From contig NC_069005.1 in NCBI RefSeq assembly GCF_001194135.2, positions 12,374,482-12,438,481 of the forward strand: DNA of 64,000 bases. The letters run 5' to 3'. Positions 63,150-64,000 of the stretch are shown piece by piece (within the stretch, counting starts at the first letter, position 1; each line of letters starts with the position of its first letter). Source of the stretch: Octopus bimaculoides. Its lineage: Eukaryota. The notes beneath the pieces were generated by a model. That model did not search any database. It worked only from the letters and a program-made list of their open reading frames with translations, and had not been told where the DNA came from. The translations under genes were made by a program, and so were the position numbers.

Positions 63150-63560
63150 AAAAGTCGTAGATGAAGAATTCGATCGGGAAAGCGAACTGCTATGATGGCA
63201 CATTAGTGTGCCTCCGTCCCGTAGTTACACAAAGCGATTTCCTGTATCTAACATAATGTTCGAGGACAGCTCCACACCACCGTCTTCAAAGATATCTCAC
63301 AGTACAAGACTTTAGTCAAAAGACTAATGTATAATACGGAAAAATACATTACAATTTGGTTGCAGATATCTATCATCAAAGAACATTTGAAAATGTTAGT
63401 GACATACAACAGCCGGCTAACATATTTACTTAAATCAACCAGTATTCGACGTTGTTTACCACAAATATATTCCATAGCAATTATTTATGAATGGAAAAAT
63501 AAAATTCTTCGATATAATGCTGTGTACTCATTAAAACTACTCTGTCAGGAGACAAACCAA
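63150..63560 (+). mobile_element. Highly degenerate RTE-like LINE fragment
   Basis: VDEEF..IGKA and YKTLVKRLMYNTEKY resemble LDKEI..RIGKA and YKTLVRPVLLYGSETW. Confidence 0.4.
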
Positions 63561-64000
63561 AATATCTCGATGCAAATTTTTGTATGTAATGGTGAATAAT
63601 ACGATGTTAATAGCTAATACTTCAGTATCCAAAATCTGTAAAATATATACACGCACAAGATAAGAGTAAGCTATGGTATACAATATCTTTTATCAATCTC
63701 ATAAAATCACTGTGACTTACAGTGACATTCTGAAATATCTAAGACAAGAATAGATTTTCATACAACCCTGCTTTAAGAGATTGGACTTAAATGTTCTTTT
63801 CTGTTCAGTATCTTAGAACGAGGGGCGGTCACTTGCTGGACTTTTACTGCACAACAGATATACATCGAATTTCAATTTCCATGAATGGTTTCCTTTAAGG
63901 AAAATTTCCCACTTCTGTACACAATTTTGGCCTGTATAATACTCTCAGAATTGCTGACAGAGGCTCCAGTTCAGATATATCAATCTCCTTGAATTGCTCT

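Noticed and set aside
2580-63164. Numerous long ORFs of YIYI/HTHT/CVCV/X runs
   Set aside because: Translations of microsatellites and N gaps, not genes.
63721-63729. 9-nt micro-exon candidate (TTTCAG|AATGTCACT|GTAAGT, - strand)
   Set aside because: Such spacing arises by chance in 64 kb, and there is no upstream UGC motif or other support.
1-64000. CRISPR arrays, rRNA, genuine tRNA genes, prokaryotic operons
   Set aside because: None seen. tRNA-like boxes all belong to SINE heads, and the periodic SINE arrays lack the short identical repeat/unique spacer structure.

Overview
AT-rich, gap-containing eukaryotic DNA, almost entirely intronic or intergenic. The repeat content resembles an octopus (coleoid cephalopod) short-read assembly; this is an inference from recalled repeat families, not a database result. 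No intact protein-coding gene can be supported, and most listed ORFs are microsatellite or N-gap translations. The window is made of: dozens of tRNA-derived SINEs (at least four families, some in head-to-tail or inverted clusters); decayed Tc1/mariner transposons (three mariners, a Tc1, a rosa/maT-like element and a mariner MITE); an internally deleted Chapaev3-like transposon; RTE and L1/Tx1 LINE relics; a Helentron/DINE-like element; foldback/MITE structures; and several Penelope-like element (PLE) remnants carrying hammerhead-ribozyme-like motifs. The best leads are: (1) a ~0.5-kb mini-PLE joining an ORF N-terminus directly to a near-complete hammerhead fold (16262-16755); (2) an 87-nt pre-miRNA-like hairpin whose stem substitutions form G-U pairs on the + strand (27012-27098); (3) a young SINE subfamily whose 3' tail matches the 3' end of an ORF2-deleted L1/Tx1 element in the same window; (4) a 1.5-kb element with ~400-bp inverted repeats and a nested foldback. 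Family names are from memory and need Dfam/Repbase/Rfam confirmation. Boundaries of degenerate elements are approximate.
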